Origin: the human T2T-CHM13v2.0 reference genome, Homo sapiens
Strand: one strand, 5' to 3'
NCBI RefSeq assembly: GCF_009914755.1
Contig: NC_060934.1
DNA: 64,000 bases
The notes below the pieces were generated by a model. It made no database searches, was not told the DNA's origin, and was given only the letters and a program-made list of their open reading frames with translations. Shown here piece after piece: positions 24,951 to 38,420 of this stretch. A program made the position numbers and the translations under genes. Position 1 is the first letter of the stretch; each line of letters opens with the position of its first letter.

Positions 24951-25826
24951 AGGAAGGGTTGAAAATCTGGGGAAACACTGCGTATTCTGAGGTCTGCATC
25001 TTTTAATCGTAGACCTGGTGGTGATGGACAAAGATTTCTGATCTTTTGTTCCCTTGACCTCTGCCCCGGCTTCCCTTGGCTTTGCTCAGCTTATCGTGAG
25101 TTGAAATGAGGCATTTACAAAGTAACACCCTATTTGTTCCCTTCTTATGAGTCCTAGAGAGGGAGGAGAGGTGTGGGGAACAGGACTTATGGTCAGGATG
25201 GCTTTGATAGACAGGAAAGAGTAAGCTGCTAGCAAGCATGTCACCACAACTCAGAGGAGAAAAGAAACATGTATTTTGGTAAAAGCCACGGGATCCTTTT
25301 CCTCATCGTTATTGACTCTCCAAAGGACCCTGCCCATTCACATCGGGGTCAGCAGGAGTTGCAGCAACATGTTAGGAGCCTCACCCTCTTCTTGCTGGCT
25401 GTCATTCTTTAGCTAATCCCGCACCCGACAAACAAACACAGGAGGAACCCCCAGCCCCATGGTCCCCTGGCCCTCATTCTGAGTCATGTGTATTTCACCA
25501 TATCATGTGACTTGCTGTGAGTACATCAGAAGAACGTTCTTCCACCTGTGACACATTCAGCATTTGTAGATCTGATACTTGATTCCTACGCGATAGGAAA
25601 CATTGTAAGTTATCCATTCTTGCCAGGCGCTGGCTGGCGGATACTATTTGGAGAAGAGGTGCTTTTGCTAAAGATGTCACTCATAGGGCAAAAGCAATGA
25701 CAAGCCCAATGTCTATTCTAGGAAAGTGGCCAAAGTTGACAAATGTTTTAGGGCTGATAGTGACCAGGAAATAGGTGATATTTATATCAACAAGTATGTA
25801 AGTGGCAGAAGGTGGGAATGGGGTCA

Positions 25827-26004
<178 letters not shown>

Positions 26005-26310
26005 AAGTGCAGCCTTCAAGATTGACCTAGGGAATATAATAAATCACATTAATTTGAGCTTCACTAATTCAGAATTCCTGAATTTTGGACTCTCCATGGT
26101 AATTCTCAGGGTAAATAACATTCCAAAGCACTTGTTTAACCTGCTCAGAAAAACATATTATTTTTATTCATGCTAGCCATAGCCACAGGCATTCAGCCTG
26201 CTTTAGTAAGAACTAGGTGTTCTGTTCCCTGAAGCACCTGTACAAGAACTACTAGTACTTTCGTGGTGGAACTACTAATACTTTAATTATCGGTGAAACT
26301 CCCTCTAGAA

Positions 26311-26518
26311 CAGAGGTGTTCATTAGAATTTCCTGGGATGGTGGAACTGCTATAATTTAGAGTTGTCCAATATTGTAGCTAATAGCCAATGTGGCGACTG
26401 AACCCTTGCAATGTGCCCAGTGTGATGAAAACACTGACTCTATAATTCTACTTATTTTTTATTCATTTAAATTTCAATAGCCACATGTGGCTAGTTGTTA
26501 CTCTATTGGACAGCACAG
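26311..26518 (+). mobile_element. MER3 (hAT-Charlie MITE), full length
   Basis: 208 bp; TAGCCACATGTGGCTA palindrome; ends TATTGGACAGCACAG; perfect 8-bp hAT TSD CTCTAGAA at 26303-26310 and 26519-26526. Confidence 0.9.
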
Positions 26519-27094
26519 CTCTAGAAAGGCCAATTGGTCAATATGCGTATGTGGATAGACCCAATGACAGATAAGCCAATATCTGCACATAAACTTTAAC
26601 CTAAACACTAAAGCAAACAACATTGTTCCTCTTTTTAGCAAAACTTTATCTATTGGGGTGACGATGGCTTTAATATTTTTCATTCAAAATTTATACATCA
26701 TATAAATTTATACATCTTATGAAAATATTTAACCAGTTAAATGCTCAATAAACTAATCATTTAGAAAGCACTAAGATAAGTCTACATTTATGGTATCTTT
26801 TAACCCAGCCCTGCTGTTTATGTTAAATCTGATTGTGTGAGGCTTGAATGCAACTTCCCGAAAGTCTGTGAAATATTCGATGTGGTCATGTTCAAGCCCT
26901 CCTTCTTCACTCCATGGTAATTCAACATTTATCCATGGAGACTGGGAGGGAATTCAGTGTGAGGAACATGATGGCCAGGTAGGTAGAGGGGGACCTAGGG
27001 ACCAAGTGTGGAAGAACACTTAACCAACATATTTTTAGTGTTTTGGTCCTAGTTCTTCAAACCTGGGTTTGTTCATTTATTTCTCCTTTACACA

Positions 27095-27245
27095 TAATAA
27101 CAACAACTAATGATATCAATGACAGCTCTATATGTGACAAACAATATTTTAAATGTTTGTTTGGTATTAATTTATTTGATCCTCGTAACATTCCATCATG
27201 CAGATACTATAATATATTCCCACCTTACAGTTGAGGAAGATAAGG
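27095..27245 (-). mobile_element. MIR
   Basis: TTATTTGATCCTCGTAACA..CCCACCTTACAGTTGAGGAA. Confidence 0.65.
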
Positions 27246-27449
27246 AGTAACTGAGCTTTTGATGACCAATCAAAATAGGCAGTACCTGCCCATGGCATTA
27301 GAAGACTCTTTCCTGAAGTTTGTTCTTACTGTGCAATTTCTCTCTTTCTTTATACCCCACTCCAACCCTGAAATCCAAGAAATCAGCACAACCACTGAGT
27401 CAGAGTGCCCTAAGGTTTTTAAATAAATTAATGAGGGCAAAAAAAGAGA

Positions 27450-28420
27450 AGACATCAATAAACAGTACTAGGAAAGTAAAACGAAAACAATAGAGACTTT
27501 TAAAATTATTAGAGGATGGTGTTAAGTTTAAAAACTGGAAAAGTTAGATGAAAAACTGTTTCATAGAAAAATAGAAATTAACAAAATTTTCTCAAGGAGG
27601 AACATAAAAGTCATAACTAAGAGCTTGTTCAGTAGTCAAATATTTCCCCACAAAAAACACCAGGTCCAGATGGCTTTAAGAACTGTTTCAGAGAATTGAA
27701 AAAGAGGAAAATCTACACAATTCTTTTTATGAGTTTATTTTGACCTTATTATCAAAATTCAAAAAGGATAGTGAAAGAAAGAGAAAATACAGACCCACTG
27801 CACTTATAAACCAGATGCAGAAATCCTAAGAAAAATTTCAGCAAATTATAAAAGTTTATGCTTATACCTATTTACATCTATTTGCACACATACAGTGCAT
27901 GTGTATATGTGTGTGTGTGCACATACAAATACAAAAATATAAAAATAAAATTTGAAAGTTATTGAAATATTACATTATAACAAAGAAATTTATTCTGAAA
28001 AGATAAAGATGGTGAAATATTAGAAATTTCATTCGTGAAATAATATATGAAGTCATGTAGGAAGAAAAGTTGGATCCAAACCTCAAACAATACACAGATG
28101 AATTACAAATGAATTAAAGATTTAAATGTACAAAATAAAATTATAATGAAAGACTTGAGGAGAACACGGGGTAATTGTTTTATAAACTTGGCATGGGAAA
28201 AGCCATCCTATGATTCAAAATTCAGAAACTATAAAACTATAAAAGATTGAGCTATAACTATAAAAGATTGAAAATTTATCTGAATAAACATAAAATTTCT
28301 ATATGCCAAAAATAAGCAAATTTAAAATACAAATTTTACTTTGGGAATAAACTTCTGCAACTTATATCCCAAAAGGCTCATATCTCTAATATATAAATAG
28401 CCCTTAGAAATCAAGAAGAA
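27450..28420 (+). mobile_element. Ancient L1 (L1M) ORF2 fragments
   Basis: CACCAGGTCCAGATGGCTTTA, AATTCTTTTTATGAG, GATGCAGAAATCCTAA, AAAGATTTAAATGTA; A-rich sense strand. Confidence 0.75.
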
Positions 28421-28427
28421 AATGGGC

Positions 28428-28615
28428 AGTAAAATGTACAGCTCTTAAGTGTACAGTTCGGTGAATTTTGACAAATGTAACCATGACCAAGAAGAAACTA
28501 TTGTACAATTCCATTTTGGCAGAACATTTTCTCATGACACTTTCTGGTCAGTTGGCCCACTCTGACCTAGAAGGCAATCACTATTCTGATTTCTATCAGC
28601 AAAGATTTGTTTGGC
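28428..28615 (-). mobile_element. Ancient L1M 3' end
   Basis: GTAAAATGTACAGCTCTTAAGTGTACAGTTCGGTGAATTTTGACAAATGTA..CACTATTCTGATTTCTATCA. Confidence 0.7.
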
Positions 28616-28749
28616 TTTTTTTTTTAGCATGCTTTTAAAACATTCAAAGCATTTAAAAGCATTTAGCGTGCTTTTAAAACACAAAGGTATTTACTATCAC
28701 AGTTTTGCTTTTATTTAACATAGTGCGGTAGATTTTTTGCCGTATTATA

Positions 28750-29250
28750 TGACCATAATAGGAAATGAAATGCATAAGGTTTGGAGTGGAAGAAAATCAG
28801 TTGATATTTTTCATAAACAATAAGACTGTTCATCTGGAAAATCTCAGAATTTGCAGGTAAATTATTACAGTGAGTGAGAGAGCTCAGCAAACTTGTTATA
28901 TATGAGTTCTAAAAAAATCAAAGAAGTCCATAACATTTTTATCTACCAGTGACAATTGAAATGACAATTTTTGAAATGTCCATACCAATGAAAAGAAAAG
29001 GTACCTAGGAAGAAATCTAGCAAAACATTTGGAAAGCAACTTGGCAAAATCCAGTGTAGTGGCAAATGCACTTACTGTGTACTATAAACTTAGCAAGAAC
29101 ACTTTTAGATATTTCCTGAGAACCCTCACACTTGCGTTAGAAGGCCAAAGTATGGGGATGTTCATTGCAGCGTTGATTCTCATCACACCCAGGGAAATAC
29201 ACAGACAAAAAAACAACATAAAAGTTAGCCAGTGAAGAATAGATACGTAA
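28750..29250 (+). mobile_element. Ancient L1M fragments
   Basis: TACCTAGGAAGAAATCTAGCAAAA, TTTGGAAAGCAACTTGGCAA, GGATGTTCATTGCAGCGTT. Confidence 0.6.
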
Positions 29251-29595
29251 ATAAATGAAAAATATATGGCCCCTTGCCTCAAAGGACATGAGGCTAGAAG
29301 CAGTTCTTACAGCTGTGCACATGGATTGAAGGTGAGTACCTTTCTGCATTTTTTATGGCAAAATTGTGCAGATTTCAAGAACATCATGGGAATGATTTCC
29401 AAGCAGGGCTTCTAATCCATGTGTGGGCAGGATGCTGCTGTGCTTGGAGGAGCAAATAGGCCTGCCCAGAGTGGAAGCTCAGGACAGGGGAGGTGGGAGT
29501 CTGCAACATTTCTCCTGAGAAACTGAGGCTGCATAGTAATAGAACTGGTTTGCTTAGGCCCGAAATATTTACTTTCAATTCCTTTCCCAAATATT

Positions 29596-29605
29596 TGTGC
29601 ATGCA

Positions 29606-29636
<31 letters not shown>

Positions 29637-29722
29637 ATGTGTGTGTACACATATATATGTACAGATATATTCCCTGTTGCATTGTATATAGGTGTGGCAT
29701 ACACAAACACACACACACACAC
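29596..29722. repeat. (TG)n and (CA)n microsatellites in opposite orientation
   Basis: TG-rich tract ~29596-29646 and CA tract ~29701-29722. Confidence 0.85.
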
Positions 29723-29880
29723 AGGTTCTGTGCTAAGTGTTTCTCTTTATAACAACTCTCTGGGGTTATGTTATTATACCTTCCTTACAAATGTAGACAC
29801 TGAAGCTTAGACAGGTTAGATAACCCACCAAACATCACCTAGAACATTCATGGCAAAGCCAGAATTCAAGCCTAGACTCT
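29723..29880 (-). mobile_element. MIR
   Basis: TTACAAATGTAGACACTGAAGCTTAGACAGGTTA..GGCAAAGCCAGAATTCAAGCC. Confidence 0.65.
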
Positions 29881-30344
29881 AAGAACAGGTTTTAATACAT
29901 CATCTCTTCTATTTCATAGAGGCCCCAAATAGGGAGGATGATTTGCTGTGTAGAAGAAAAATGTCCTGTTGACTCCTTGATCCTTGGGCACTGGGATCCT
30001 TCTGCTGCTCTCCCACTTTAACATAATGTCAAATTCCTGGAACGTGCTCTACCCATGTGTGTAAACTAAGTCATATTCATGAAGTCAAGCTCGCTTTAAT
30101 TTGGAAAATTCTGCAAGGAAACCAAAAGGCAAATTATGTTTGTGGGCAATCGTCTTCACTAGATTGGGCATCTTCTTAAATCAGTGACTAGCTCAGATCT
30201 GGAGAATCAATATCTGGGATTGAAAAAATGGGCTTTTTTGAATGCTCTGATTTAGTGATCTGTAATAGTAATATCTGTTCATCTTTTATTGCAATACAAG
30301 CAAGGCACTGAGTTCTTCATACCCTTTATTTCATGTTTCTATTA

Positions 30345-30460
30345 AAACCCTTCACAGATGAGGAAATTGGGGCTTAGGCAAAGTAATTAACTTGCCTATA
30401 ATTACTCCACTAGCAAGTGTCTGCGCTGTGATTATGAACACGGGGCATCTGGCTTCGGCA
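30345..30460 (-). mobile_element. MIR
   Basis: CACAGATGAGGAAATTGGGGCTTAGG..AACTTGCC. Confidence 0.7.
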
Positions 30461-30934
30461 TTCAGGTGCCCAGCCTCTACCCTGAACTGAAGCAGACAGA
30501 ATTCCCCCCTTGGAATTGCACCTTTCCCACCACGCTCCTGGTGTGAGTTGAGGGGAGGTCTGCACACAGTCCCCTTGGGCTCTCTCCATCCCTCTTGGTG
30601 ACTGCTCTTTTTCAGCATCTCTAGGTCTGTCATCCAAGCTTGGGAAGTTCATCTTTGTGAAGTGCATTTTTTATTCATCAAACATTCTTGTCATATTGCC
30701 ACACAGAGTCTGCGGCGTGTTTGTGCTGGGCTGTTCCTTCTGCCGGCCCGTAGCCTACCCAGCTATTCCTAACTGTTCATCAGGACCTTGGCTCATGCAG
30801 GTGGCGTGGAGGAGCCCACAGACAAGTGTGAATGACGAGATTCTTTCACCCATCGCAAACTAGGGTCTGCTAATTCCCACAACAAATATTTGGGGGAAAA
30901 GTAAAACCTCGTTCTTAATTGCCTTGTCAGTTTG

Positions 30935-31207
30935 TTGGAAAGCTCAAGATGCAGGTGCCGGCAGATTCAGTGTTTGGTGAGTGTCTGCTTACTGGTTTGC
31001 AGATGCCCATCTTTTCCTTGTATCCTCACATGACAAATAAGACAGCTCATCTCTTTAGTCTCTCCTTGTAAGGCACTCATCCCACTCACGAGGGCTCTAT
31101 CCCTGACCCCATCACCTCCCAAAGGCCCCTCTTCCAAACACCATTATATTGGGAATTAGATTTCAACGTAGGAATTTTGGGGGAATACAGACATTCAGCC
31201 CATAATA
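30935..31207 (-). mobile_element. MaLR LTR fragment (MLT1A/MST-like)
   Basis: AGGTGCCGGCAGATTCAGTGTTTGGTGAG..ATCACCTCCCAAAGGCCCC..GAATTTTGGGGGAATACAGACATTCAG. Confidence 0.75.
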
Positions 31208-31708
31208 ATAATATAAGGTCATTAAGAAGCTAATTCATCTTTTAAGTTAAAGATGAAGAGTTTAAATCTCTAGCCATTCACAAAGGCATGGAAACCCTGC
31301 TGTGTTTGTTAATCTACTCCACCATTAAAAAAAATTCATTTTAGATTTAAAATAATACAAACATAGTATGTAATAGAAGGCAAAATTCTTCTGAGTTTTA
31401 AGGTAAAACCAAAGACATAAAAAAATGTCAGGTTTGCAGCAGGCTGTTTTAGGCTATAATCCAACAAATACCCCTTGGTCATCTATACGTGCCAGGCGGT
31501 CTGGGAGCTCCAGTTACAGCACCAAGGAAGGCTGTGCCTCTCTTTCTCCTGGAGCTGGAAGTCTAGCAAGGAAGGCAGGTATGACAGCAGCACTTCTAAG
31601 TATGTTGGGTGTTACAAAAGACGACAGTCAAAGACCTTTAGGGAGGAGAGCAAAGGAAATGGTACCATCAACCAAGGCTCAGGGAAGGTCTCTTGAAGGA
31701 AGTGACTA

Positions 31709-31976
31709 TTTTTTTTGAGACAGAGTCTCGCTCTGTCGCCCAGGCTGGAGTGCCGTGGTGTGATCTCGCCTCACTGCAACTTCCGCCTCCCAGGTTCAAG
31801 CAATTCCCTGCCGGGATTACAGGCACCCACCACCACGCCAGGCTAATTTTTGTATTTTTAGTAGAGACAGGTTTCACCATCTTGGCCAGGCTGGTCTTGA
31901 ACTCCTAACCTCGTGAGTGGCCTGCCTCGGCCTCCCAAAGTGCTGGGATTACAGGCATGAGCCATCGCGCCTGGCT
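31709..31976 (-). mobile_element. Alu (AluS) with small internal deletion
   Basis: TSD TGAAGGAAGT(G/A)AC at 31694-31706 and 31976-31988. Confidence 0.94.
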
Positions 31977-32249
31977 GAAGGAAGTAACCTTTAAGTGAAG
32001 GTCTGAGAAGTGATGAATAGAGAAATAAGATACATGAAATCTCACAAACAAGAAGGAGCACCGGGTGTTGTAGGAACTGAGAGAGAGGAAAGGCAGTGGT
32101 TGAGGTGGGGAAGCAGGACTTGTAGGGGAAGTACCCAAGTAGGAATGTACAGGCTCATTTACAACTGGAGCACAACCTCGCATAACACAGGCCTAGTCAA
32201 ATATTAATCAATAAATGATCTGACAAATATTACACCTTATGGGATAATT

Positions 32250-34330
32250 TACATTCTGAAAGAGGATACCAGGCCCAGAAAACCTGGGAGAACCAACTGG
32301 AAAACAATAAAAAACAAGAAGAGAATTCAGAGAAGAGATGAGTTGCTAAGTAACTATTTAAAACCAGTAGGCTTTCCTAAACCGTAACTTGTTAGAGGTT
32401 ATGGTAAAAGAAAAGATCTCATTTAAAATACAGCAACTGAAAAGAATCCTAAAGATCAATATAACAAGTAATTTGCAGGACTTTTATTAAAAACTCTTTG
32501 ATAACCTATTGGCAGACCTAAAAATGACTTAACAAATGGAAAGACACACTATGGTCTTTGATAGAAAAATATCATTTCCTCCTAAGTTAATTTGTACATT
32601 TAATGAAATCCCAACTGAAATAGCAATTTTTAACTTAACAAAATAATATTAATGTTTGTTTGTAAAACTAATTATGAAGATGAGTCAGAAAAAGTGTTGA
32701 AAATGAAAAACAGTAAGAACTAGATGACTGATACTAAAACTATTTTAAAGCTCTAATAATTAAAATGGTTTGGCATTAGGGAAAAATAGATCAATGAATA
32801 AGAATGAAGAGTTCATAAATGAAACCAAAATCATACGGGAACTAAGATATGAAATGGCAACACTTTAAAACAGTGAGGAAAAGGCAATTAATCAGTAAAC
32901 AGTGCTAGATCAATTGACTGGAGAAAAAAAATAAAGCTGGATCCTTACTTCAGTTATTTTAGTAACATCAATTCCAGATGGATCAAAAATTTAAATGTAG
33001 GGCCGGGAGCAGTGGCTCATGCCTGTAATCCCAACACTTTGGGAGGCCGAGGCGGGCAGATCACAAGGTCAGGAGATCGAGATCATCCTGCTAACACGGT
33101 GAAATCCCGTCTCTACCAAAAATACAAAAAAATTAGCCGGGCATGGTGGCAGGTGCCTGTTAGTCCCAGCTACTCAGGAGGCTGAGGCAGGAGAATTGCT
33201 TGAACTCCGGAGGCAGAGGTTGCAGTGAGCCGATATTGCACCACTGCCCTCCAGCCTGGGTGACAGAGCGAGACTCCGTCTCAAAAAAAAAAAAAATTAA
33301 ATATAGAAAATGAGCTATAATGGTTCTAGGAAAATAAATGACTGTGTTTAAGCTCCTGGAATAGGAAAGGCCTTTCTAGGAAGGATTCAAAACCCAGAGA
33401 CCATAAAGTTAAATTTGACTATATAAAAATTGTGATTTTTTTTTGGAGGGGTGGGTAAAAATATACCCTCAACTAAGAGAAGAAACGAGTGACAAGTTGG
33501 GAAAATATTTATAATGGATGTGACAGGAAAAGAGCTAATTGCTTTCATTTTCAAAAAGCTTTTGTAAATAAAATAGAAAACGAACAATCCAATAGGAAAA
33601 AAAAATTGACAAAGCTTATCAGTAGTTAATTACCAAAAAGTGAAAATAAGACATAGTAAGTATGAAAATATGCTCAATATTATTTGTAAGTAAAATAATG
33701 AAAATTAAACAGCAGCAACAGATTGTTTCTTAACTCATGTTATGAGAACCTACAGTGATGAGTCCTGTTCTGAGAAGGCTATTGACAGGCAAGCACTGTC
33801 AGACACTGATGTGGGGCAGGGGTGGTGGACTGGTTCATTTCTGGAAGGAAGCTTGACAAAGTCCATCTACTTTTAAAGGTACATATTATTTTACTCAGTA
33901 ATATTTGCTTGCTAAGAATTTACCTATATAATTATCCCTGCACATGTTGGTCAAGAGATATGTACAGGTGTGTTCCCTGTGGCATTGTTTGTAACAGCAA
34001 CAAGGAAAAGTAACCCATCAGTAAGGGATAGTTACATAGCCTATGGGGCTCCTCCTATCTGATAGATTATTATCAGCTGTGAAAAAGAATGAAGTAGCTT
34101 TCTGTATATCAGAGACAGGGAAAAAAGAGGTAGAGGACTGTGTGTACTGAATCATTCTTTTTATGTCAATTTTATAGGAATAGATGGACAGACAGACATG
34201 CACACTGGTCTAGAAATAAACACATTTTCTAAAAGCAATAAAAAATATTTTACAAGTGGCTACTTTTGGGCAGAGACAAAGAGCTGATGCATGAAGACTT
34301 TTATGTTTCATTTCATACTTTACTATTGGA
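32250..34330 (+). mobile_element. Ancient L1M (L1ME-like) ORF2/3' region, interrupted by Alu
   Basis: AAATGGAAAGACACACTATG, AATTCCAGATGGATCAAAAATTTAAATGTA, GGAAAGGCCTTTCTA. Confidence 0.7.
33001..33296 (+). mobile_element. Alu (AluSc/Y-like)
   Basis: GGCCGGG start; TSD TTAAAT(G/A)TAG at 32991-33000 and 33297-33306. Confidence 0.95.
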
Positions 34331-34407
34331 AGTTTTAAAAATACATAGGTGAATTACTTTCATTCGTTAAAATATGGACATGGATTACCTGAGTAGTGAG
34401 ATGATGA

Positions 34408-35089
<682 letters not shown>

Positions 35090-35145
35090 TAAAAAATAAA
35101 AGTAAAAAATAAAAATAAAAAATAAAATAAAATAAAAAGTGGGAG

Positions 35146-35297
35146 AGCCAGGCGTGGTTGCGCATACCTGTAGTTCCAGCTACAGAGGAGGCTAAGGCTT
35201 GTGGCCAGGAGTTTAAGACTGTAGTACATGCCTGTGAATAGCCACTGCACTCCAGCCTGGGCAACATAGCAAGATCCTGCCTCTAGAGAAAAAAAAA
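35146..35297 (+). mobile_element. Old Alu monomer (FAM/FLAM/AluJ right-arm-like)
   Basis: AGCCAGGCGTGG..CCTGTGAATAGCCACTGCACTCCAGCCTGGGCAACATAGC. Confidence 0.8.
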
Positions 35298-36049
35298 GTG
35301 TGGAAGAGGCAGCAATAAAGAAAAAGATACCAGATAATGTTTTGACCAAAAAGATTTAAGTTCAAATGGTGGCCTGTCCAACACTGCTAGGGTCCCAGGA
35401 AGAGCTATTTCTAGAGCAGGAGACTTTCCATCAGCTCACAGATCCCCCCACTTGCCACCCATAATAATGGTTCCCCCATATGTAGCCATCAGAGAGCTTG
35501 GCTTCAGCATCAAGAGAGTTAAAATGAATGAAAGGAAATCAGGCTTAAAAGAGAATGTCATTATGATTTGTGCAAGCATTTCCTCTCTATAGATAAAGTG
35601 GAGTGAGATGGCAAAAACAGATACAGGCTCACCTCATGCTTTTCCTCCCCTCTGCTTAGTTGGGCAGACTGAGATGGCTTATATCCCTCCTACCTTCTTA
35701 TGAACCCTGCATGTCCCAGGGGCCTAACCATGCAGCAGCCTTCAGCTGCATGACTCCAGGACCTGCAGGACCCCAGGAATGTGTCCTATGATCCTGGCTG
35801 AGTTTTCTCCCATCTGTCACCCATCTCCTAAGCTCTTCCTCTCCCATGGCCTTCTTGGGAAGTTCTTTCCAGTCAATCTTTACTGGTCATTCCTTGAGGC
35901 CAGCTTAGCCTCAGGCAGGGTGCAAGAGATGGTAAAACCAGTTTCTACACTTACAGAACTGCTGGATGCTTCTGAAGAGTCTCAGAAAACAATTAGGCAG
36001 CCATGTGAAAGTAAAGAGGTAAAGAATTTCAGCCAAGTAAGATGAAGCA

Positions 36050-36505
36050 GGTGTTGTTGGTTGGCTGACCCAATCTCCAACTCATCTCTTCTTTATCCAT
36101 ACAGCAAGGGGCTCCCCCACAACACCATTTGGGCAAAGAAATAAAAGCAGAAGTATCTGTGAGACTCCTAAAAAAGACCTTTAAAAAGGACAAATCCAAC
36201 TGGCATGTTCTTTTGGCCTTTTGCTCCTTCCCTGTTTTTCTTCTTTTGGGAATGTGGCCATGAGGCTGCAGGTGGAGTCGCCATCTTACAACCAGTGGCA
36301 ACATGTCTGAGGGTGAAAGTAACATGCTAAGGAGGGCACAGTGGAACAGAGCAAAGCTGAGTCTCCCCTGACATCCCTGGGCCACTACACTAGGCCTGAT
36401 GATGCTCATCTACATGTTTCATTATGTGAGAAAAATAAGCTTCCCATTTGTTTAAGGTGCTATTAATGGGATGTTCTGTCATTTGCAGCCAAATCTGCTA
36501 TTAAA
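36050..36505 (+). mobile_element. MaLR LTR (MLT1J/K-like)
   Basis: GCCATCTTACAACCA..ATGCTAAGGAGGGC..TTATGTGAGAAAAATAAGC..TTTGTTTAAG..TTTGCAGCCAAA. Confidence 0.7.
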
Positions 36506-36539
36506 TGGTTAACATGGTGTTAAGAGGAAGTGGCTCTGA

Positions 36540-36680
36540 TATAACAGAAAGTGCATGGGCTTTGGAATTGCATGATTTGGCTTCAAATTCTAGTACTGTG
36601 ACTTATATACCAGGGTAAGTTATCACTTAACTTTTCTGGGTCCTTGTCTCCATAAGTAAAAAAATAGGGCTAATAAAGCT
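36540..36680 (+). mobile_element. MIR
   Basis: ATGGGCTTTGGAAT..TTCAAATTCTAG..CACTTAACTTTTCTGGG. Confidence 0.6.
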
Positions 36681-37544
36681 ACTCAAACAGATGTCTGCAG
36701 TATCCATAGAAAGGGGAAGTGAAAGTAACTGTATATAATAAGTTCCAGCTCAATAAATATCTGATACAACTTTGTTGAGAATGTGGAAGGACATTGAGGA
36801 AGTGAGGCTTAGCTGGAATACAAATAAAGCAAGAGGAGGCAAAATGTAATTCAGAAGAAGTAGAGTATGGGAAAAGATTGAGAAATTTCAACAAAAAGGT
36901 GTAGTAGGCAAATCATCTTGTCTCTTTAAATAGACCTGAAATCTAGTCTCCCATAGAAACCTCAGGCCGAATGCAACTGTGGCCCAGAAGAATGAGAGAA
37001 GAAGGTATCCTTTAGCCCAGGGCTGGAAACCCTCCAGAGAATTCCCAACACCAAAAAGGAAAGAAATATCCTCATTAACATTTCCCTTCTCGTCTTCCTT
37101 GTTCCTTTTTCTGCTTTTCCTCCCTCCCTTCCTTTTTTCCTTTTTCCTTCTTTCCTAGATCAAAATTATTTCAAAACCATGGAAGGCAGACACAGTTTGT
37201 TCTGACTCACAGTGGATAGAAGATAGGGCCTGGATTTTACACCTTCTAATCTATTTTAGACACAAAGAAAATTTCTGCATTCTCCTATTCCCTCCCGCAA
37301 AGAAAAGGCATCACAATGTAGCCCCTGGATGTCAAATAAAGAGTCAGGAGCCCTCGGTCCTGCTCTGTGTATGTTCTTGGATGGTCTCCTAACCTCCAAA
37401 TTTCAATTTTCTCATTTATCAATTGGGAGTATGAGGAAGGGGGCGGGCAATAGGGGAGGAGCTACCTAGGTAAGCTCTCAAGTTCCTTAACTTCTATTTA
37501 TTAGCTTCTTGCAGTCCCTGGGGCGATAAGAGAAGGTTAAATTT

Positions 37545-37830
37545 CTCATTAATCCTATAAATATCTATGGAGCACCAACCCTGTACCAGGAACTGGTTTA
37601 ACCACCGGAAATACTACTATGAAAGAAATAGATGGCATCCTATATCTTGATGAAGGAGACAGAAAATAAACACACAAACAAAGAAATTGGACAATTTCAG
37701 AGAAGCAGTGAAGAAGAAAATACAACTAAGTGATGGAATAGACTGACTGGGAATGAGGGAGCTACTTGAAAAGAGATGGGTCAGGGAAAGTCCTCAATGC
37801 GATGTAAACTTTGTGCTTAGCTGAAATGAA
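37545..37830 (-). mobile_element. L2 fragment
   Basis: AAATATCTATGGAGCACCAACCCTGTACCAGGAACTG..GGTCAGGGAAAGTCCTC. Confidence 0.6.
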
Positions 37831-38199
37831 GTGCCAGCCTTGCCCCTCTCCTGGCAGGACTCCGGCCTGATCTTTGGGTACTCAGACTCATTCTCAGTGC
37901 AAACTTGTTTCTTTGAGCCTCTTGGTTCCTGAACAATATCCCCAGTCTATGATCTTAATGGGCTCACACTATGGGTCTACATGGCCCATTGGAATATTCA
38001 AAGTGGGTACAGTCAATCCCCACAGTGGCCAAAGGAGAAAATAAGGAAGCCAGGAGCTGTGCAAGCCAGTCCAGGAAGACAGGCAGAATATAATGCATTT
38101 CTGTTTAATCTACTTTTTATCTCATCTTTTTGATTTTTTTAAGTGGGGATAGGGTTTTCTTTACAATGAATATGATATATTGCGTGCATAACAATAATA

Positions 38200-38420
38200 G
38201 TGTATACGTAACAGTGCTTGCTGGTACTTAGACATTGTTCAAAGTGCTCACATGTATGAACTCATTTAATTTTCATGACAACTTTATGAGGTACATACTG
38301 ATATTTTCCCCATTTTACAGACGAAGGAACAGAGGCACTGCCAAGTAAGTGATTTGCCCAGCTTGTGAGTTGCAGAGCTGGGACTTGGAGCTAGGTAGTC
38401 TGATACCACAGTAACTTCTT
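38200..38420 (-). mobile_element. MIR
   Basis: AACTCATTTAATTTTCATGACAAC..CCCATTTTACAGACGAAGGAACAGAGGCAC. Confidence 0.8.

Noticed and set aside
25529-25542. Heat-shock element within the palindrome
   Set aside because: Only two nGAAn units, while HSF1 needs three. Kept only as part of the motif cluster.
26246-26284. GAACTACTA(G/A)TACTTT direct repeat with a spacer resembling nearby MER3 sequence
   Set aside because: Short and imperfect; a small old duplication or chance cannot be separated from templating by eye.
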